Assembly (NCBI GenBank): GCA_040285825.1
Contig: JAUPSS010000003.1
Location: 1,178,001 to 1,242,000 of the forward strand
Source of the DNA: Eukaryota sp. TZLM1-RC
Lineage: Eukaryota > Protista > Metamonada: BaSk clade
Direction of reading: 5' to 3'
Length of the DNA stretch: 64,000 bases
Positions 58,427 through 64,000 of the stretch are shown here, piece by piece (position 1 is the first letter of the stretch; each line of letters starts with the position of its first letter). The notes beneath the pieces are model-generated. The model ran no database searches. It was not told where the DNA came from and was given only the letters and a program-made list of their open reading frames with translations. The translations under genes were made by a program, and so were the position numbers.

Positions 58427-59270
58427 CTTTGAAGAATAATTAACTTGTTTTCAATAAATACACTCACCTATTCTAATTTATCCAGGTAGTTACTATAATT
58501 TTCTTATCACTATTCTTATTTAATCAATAATATTGAGGTTTCAATTAAAAACAAAAACAAGTGCAAATTCCATAGTAGTAGAATGATGTATGTCCTGAGG
58601 AATATTTAATCGAGGATGATAATTATCCACGATTCTACATTTCCAACAATCGTTCAACACTAAATCCGTTCTTCTTTCTTCAATAATAGATGTTGCTGTT
58701 GAGCTATATTTTGTGTTTGAGACGATTGATCACAAGCTTCTCAACAACTGCTTTAGTTACCTTGTCGGTTGTTGCGTTGTCAACAAAATTATTTTGGATC
58801 AAGATTCTTTTAAACAAATTTCTTGATTTTCATCAGCTTGGTTTTGATTGGGCCCTATTCTTTAATTGTGGCTTTTCTTTCGTCAAATGAAGCATATGCC
58901 ATATGAATTACTTAAAGATGTCAAAGTTCAAAAATTCTATGAATTTGAAATTTCATTTAATAAAGAAATCAAATATTTCACATTATACATTAGCAACACA
59001 AACTGTTGCCTGATGAGCAGCAAACATTCGTTTAAATTGTTATGTTCGATGAAGTTCTATATTTTGCAGTAAACTTCGAACATCGAGTGCTTTTTGTGGC
59101 ATAATTTCGTAATTCTATTATGGGAATTTACACCACAAAAATTGATCAGAATTGGTCAGAAAACAAAACGTTTTTGAATATCAGAGAACACCAAAAAACT
59201 TTCAGCTGCTCCTAAACATTTAGTCCACAAAACACCAGACAACGCTATTTCGACGTGCAATGCATCTGAC

Positions 59271-59606
59271 CAGGGACTGGAATTTATTTTATTTTATTGC
59301 CAAGCTCAATTTCAGGAAAATAAATTATTGTTATTGCAGATTGTTCTTTTATCCCAAAGAATTGCCAGAATTCACAAAACAATGATTGCATCAAATTTTG
59401 CGACATCAAAGCAGAACTATGATACAAGGGAAATGAATTTCCAAATTTTGTTTAGTTGATAGAAAGGCCCGTTGTTTGAACTCTTAGACGTTGTGTAATA
59501 ACCAGATACTAATCTGATTTATTGCAAAATATTGCGTTTTTCAAAAAAATAATAACTGTAACATATTTTATTGCAATAATTGCTATTGCAATTATTTAAT
59601 TCCAGT
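59271..59606. mobile_element. hAT-type MITE of a second family with a damaged right end
   Basis: Left end CAGGGACTGGAATT, right end AATTCCAGT, subterminal TTATTGC repeats; left flank CATCTGAC, right flank remnant TGAC. Confidence 0.6.
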
Positions 59607-59644
59607 TGACCAAACTCGCTTTTATTCACTAATATTGCATTCGC

Positions 59645-59971
59645 ATGCACCCCAAGTTACTACTGCTGCTACTTCTTTTCACCTACACTGTTTCTGCCAC
59701 CACACTCTATCAGGTCCAGATTCGCAATCGTGGTCTTTCATCGCTCAATTACAAGTCATATTCCACTACTGGACGTTGGGACAGTCCTCCTGCCACACGT
59801 ATTCTGCCATTGACCTTTTCCAACGCCATTTCTACTGGAACATGGAGTCATGTTAAATATAAACAAGGAGCTTATGTCTCTTGGGGAGACCGTGGATGTT
59901 CATGTGATGGGTGTGGCTGTTCCGTTAGTCAAAAATCTGAAACTTCTTGGGTTGTGGATTTCAAGTGCTAG
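59645..59971 (+). CDS. Small secreted Cys-containing protein
   Basis: Signal peptide MHPKLLLLLLLFTYTVSA; GCSCDGCGCS; AATAAA downstream. Confidence 0.65.
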   Translation: MHPKLLLLLLLFTYTVSATTLYQVQIRNRGLSSLNYKSYSTTGRWDSPPATRILPLTFSNAISTGTWSHVKYKQGAYVSWGDRGCSCDGCGCSVSQKSETSWVVDFKC

Positions 59972-61240
59972 ACATATGAACTTACCCCTAAATATTTTGA
60001 AGTAATTTGGAATAAAATGTGATGTCATGACGTGATGTTTGATTTTTCATTAGAACGATTTTATTTTCAATAAGATAAGTCTTTTTAATATATCAAAGAC
60101 ATAGTTTCTTGCAGCACTAAGACTATCCTTGGTTTGTGTTTCAATTATCCTGTTGTTTTTGTTAAAACTTTATAAAGAAAATCATCCAGGTGTTTTTGAT
60201 CCTCTATGCACATTATTTAACATTTTTAACAGACACATCTTTTGGATGAACAGGTTGAAAAAGAATTAATCAATTTTATTGATTTAATTGGACAACATTT
60301 AGGTCATCAAACCATTATTATTGGGTTCAATGTATTCCAATGGTTAGAAATACTGTCCAATAATAGACATTATGGCAATGATCTTCAATGGAATCATTTA
60401 ATTAATTATATGTTTATGATTTACTGTCAAAACCAACTTATTAATTAATTGACATGAGAACTTTCCATGTTCAGTTCAGCCAAGTTACTAGTTTGTAACT
60501 TGAATCACATAATTGAAATGGCATAATATTAATAGAAACCATAAAATTGGTAAAGGAACCAAGTGGTTAACACTACAAAAATAATTAAAACTGGGGGAAC
60601 TATGTACATAATTGCATTGAGGCGGCGCGAATAGAGGGGAATTTTGCAAACGTCAGCGTTTACATATTTCCTTTTTCTTACTTCATCTTGATGGAAGCGT
60701 GAACGGTTTCTACCGCTGTGCAATTCTTGGACAAAGACAAAGTGTTTGTGAAGTACATCTAGCACATAAAACAATACTTGCATTTTCATTTCTTCCAACA
60801 TTTTATCATATTTTTGTCTATTAACTTTTGTCTCTCTATCATCTTGTAGTTTGATGTAAACAAGACATCTTGAATACACACGTCTATTTTTGAAAAAAAA
60901 AACGAATCAAGTCCCTTGTTTTGGAATTACAAAACCTCAACAATTATTGTCAAGAATTACAAAATGAAAATACTGAATTAAGAACATATTTAGGTAGTAT
61001 TAGCAATTTCAAAGCACAGTATTAATCATTATTTGGATCAATAAATAGTTGACACCACTTTAGTTTGCAAGAATTGTGGATGTCGGTAGAATCCTAATGT
61101 CAATGCTGTTTTTGATATGATTCATGCTGTGGACGAGTTTCTCAAAAGAAATGAAAGACCTCAAGGTTTGAGGGAATCAACTTTATTCATTTCATATTCC
61201 AACGTGTTACTACAATTTGACATTTTTGTGCTGCTTGCCG

Positions 61241-61918
61241 ATGTCTCTCTATCAAACTACTGGACGCTTTTCTAGTCTTCCCATTGAGGTTCGCCACCAG
61301 TTTCTCATGTGGGTCAACACAAAATTATTAGAAATTGCATCTTCCTCTGTCGATCTCGAACAAACTGCAAATACCCTGATGAGACTTTCATCGGGCAAAG
61401 AAATAGAAGATTTTCTTTTATCACGGTGTGGACGTAGACCAGAGGTCTTTTGGTTCGCCCAGGAATTCAATGATGCCAGAGCCAAACTTTTCTCAACCAA
61501 ATCGTTCACATTCCAACGTCCAGCTGAACTCAAAAGGACGTCTATTAAGAAACAGAAACATCAACCACCCCCTCAAGTCGCTGTTGAATGTGGTTGTAAT
61601 TGTACACTACCAGGGCATTCACTGATAGGAAATTGTATTAAGTGTGGAAGAATTGCTTGCTCTGCTGAGGGCAATCGATGCTTTACTTGTAATTCTTATA
61701 TTGCTGGTGACATTAGACACTCTCTTAGTACACCCACTACATTAGAAGAGGTAAAGGAAGAGGTGTCTGCCAGGGATTTTTTATCAAAATTACTTGAGTT
61801 TCAGGAAAAATCTGAGGAAAGAACAAGTATTGTTGATCAGCAAAGTGATGGAGCGTTTAAAAGAAACAAGTTTGAATATGAGGAAGATATTATTCTTGAT
61901 TTTGACACATGGATTTGA
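61241..61918 (+). CDS. TRIP4: Activating signal cointegrator 1 / Rqt4-like C2HC5 zinc-finger protein
   Basis: CGC...H.LIGNCIKCGRIAC..EG..CFTC, LLEFQ..SEERTSIVDQQSD; ATG at 61241. Confidence 0.75.
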   Translation: MSLYQTTGRFSSLPIEVRHQFLMWVNTKLLEIASSSVDLEQTANTLMRLSSGKEIEDFLLSRCGRRPEVFWFAQEFNDARAKLFSTKSFTFQRPAELKRTSIKKQKHQPPPQVAVECGCNCTLPGHSLIGNCIKCGRIACSAEGNRCFTCNSYIAGDIRHSLSTPTTLEEVKEEVSARDFLSKLLEFQEKSEERTSIVDQQSDGAFKRNKFEYEEDIILDFDTWI

Positions 61919-62989
61919 AACAAGGCTACTCTTTTACCGCTGTTTGTTTTTTGCGATTTGTGTTTTCCGTTTTTGCTGGATTTGGTACACTTCACAGTTG
62001 GGGTTCTTTTTTTTGGTGTTCAACATGGTTTTATGTTTTTTATCTTTTGTATTTGTCATCAACTGTTTCCAAAAGACAGACAATACGTCAGTATCGATTG
62101 ATGGGTGTTTCTGTAGAATCAGAACAATATCAATATTAGTTACAGAAGGAAAAATGTTTGTCGTTTTTCATAAGCTCCAATTTCAAATACAATTATATAT
62201 CATTATTGAATTTTGTCGTATTTTCGTATTTGAAACATTGGTCGTGTTAATATTATATATCAACTGAGTAGTTACATCAGTAGTTACATCAAATAAGTCA
62301 TCAATGATGGTCAATGTTCTGTGAATTTATTGAACATTACTGAAATAAACTCCAATTGAGGGAAGAAAAGATTCGGTGTAAAAAACCTTATAGAGTCACC
62401 ATAAATAACCCATGTTTGAAAGACATTAAAAATGAAATTCTCATGTACCCACGACATTAATTTGATGATACTTGTTCTGAAAATTACAGCATTTTAGAAT
62501 TTGAGGTTCAATTTTTTAATAGAATTTTTGAAAAACAAATGATAAATTTAATCTGATAATCCATTGTTTTGATCTTTAAATATGGCATTGATTATCTGGA
62601 CATTCATTACTCAATAAACTCTTTTGTCATGAAAAAATGCTCTTGCAGAGGATTAAATAGTTTGCTCGTCACGGGCTCGAGATACTTCATTGGAAACATC
62701 GACAGTGATGGCAGCTCATGTAAATGGAGCAGTTAGCGTCAGATCTAACAAGTAGAAGGTTCAGAACAGTGGGTACTAAGTTAGAATATTTTGCTATTCA
62801 TTCATAATAAATAGTAGTGATCATCGGTGTGATGGTGCGTTCGGTGCGGATTTTTTTCTCAGTGCGCACCCGATCACACGTTGTCAATTCACATTGTCAA
62901 TTCATGCAATTCAGCGACTTGCTTCAGTGTGGTTGCTGTACCTTCAGCTTGTTTCTTTTGTTTCTTTGAGTGTTCTACAAGAATTGCAG

Positions 62990-63170
62990 AAGGCTTACCA
63001 CAGTTTTTTACAGTTTTTGGAGGATTTATATGTAAAATGTGAAACCCGCCTGGTTTTGCAACCAGTAAAGGTATGAGAGCAAGAAGGACACCTATATTGA
63101 CCATGGACTTGGTTGCCTTCACCATTAGTAGAAGGCTTCCTGATAGCTTCGAAGTAGTCATCTATGTTGG
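62990..63170 (-). pseudogene. BED zinc-finger remnant, probably a hAT transposase N-terminus
   Basis: DDYFE..YRCPSCSHTFTGCKTRRVSHF in a frame not listed in the ORF track. Confidence 0.45.
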
Positions 63171-63699
63171 TTGATGAACAATCCTTATCCGTGTTGGAAC
63201 CAAGAGATATGGGTCATCGCACCTCCGAATACTGATAGCATAGAATATATATCAAAAATTGTTTATTAATTTTTGTTGGATATAATTTGTTAGCAATTCC
63301 ATCCATGTTTTGCTTGGGCTCATCACAGATGTTTGATATTTGATCAGTCTAATCACAGTATATATCACCTCTGTCATCAGTATCAAAATTATTCAATGAG
63401 AGTGTTTCTCTAAGCAAAGGCTCCTTAATACAAAAGATTCTTGTATTTCTTGAAATGTTAAAAATAATAAAAAAATTGAAAATGGAATTAATTCTCAATT
63501 AATGACATCCATGTTTTGAAGCCATAGATGTGGTTGATACTGGCATATTCATGCTTTCCTCATAGTATAAAAAAAGTTTTCAGGGTAATTGATTTTGTAA
63601 GCTAGTAATAGACACACTGTTTCAATACTTTGCTTACCTCTGTCAACGTAATCACCAAGGAAAAGATAGTTTGCATCAGGGGGAAATCCTCCATACTCA

Positions 63700-63860
63700 A
63701 AAAGACGAAGATCAAAATACTGACCGTGTATGTCACCTTAAGTCATAAGGAGTGGGTTGTGAACTTACCGCAAGTTTTGATAGGTGCTTCCAGTTCGACA
63801 ACCACGGGCTGCGATAAAAATATTTACCTTACTCTGTGTATAAGACCGCGAACCTCGTTG
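63700..63860 (+). pseudogene. Possible retroelement integrase C-terminal remnant
   Basis: KILTVYV..HKEWVVNLPQV..SSTTTG resembles the post-catalytic helix of gypsy integrases. Confidence 0.3.
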
Positions 63861-64000
63861 TCTGACAACGTAACCTGTTTACCTGGATGTCTTGATAGTT
63901 TCTATAATGTTGTTTGTTGGCTTGGAGAAAATAGAGACCAAAAATAGGTAAGAATGTTAAGATTGATAGAGGAAAAGAAAGTTTCTCGACAAGTGAAGAA

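Overview
Compact, AT-rich, intron-poor eukaryotic DNA from a flagellated protist (ENKUR, DLEC1/CFAP81, CKK-domain and thioredoxin-like axonemal genes; a metamonad-like host is only a guess). It uses the standard genetic code. Other host genes include CCDC86/CGR1-like, a degenerate DEAD-box protein, a SNAPC4-like Myb protein, RAD50 (two 30-34 nt introns), TMC, COMMD, DRAM/Frag1 and TRIP4/ASC-1. Intergenic space is packed with nested transposons. These are a complete Ty3/gypsy chromovirus-like LTR element (1300-8829, identical 145-bp LTRs), a non-autonomous LTR element and a solo LTR of a second family, many CRE-like RLE non-LTR fragments, hAT-type MITEs, and two different degraded Fanzor1 (eukaryotic TnpB-like) genes lying back to back. 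Highlights: (1) both LTR families lack a tRNA primer-binding site but have a post-LTR segment complementary to LTR nt ~14-25, suggesting Tf1-like self-priming; (2) a ~560-aa unexplained domain between RNase H and integrase; (3) the Fanzor pair with a candidate omegaRNA; (4) a 26-nt sequence almost identical directly upstream of the ATG of two unrelated genes (possible spliced-leader relic, promoter motif or Fanzor guide/target). All calls come from manual reading of the sequence; no searches were run.
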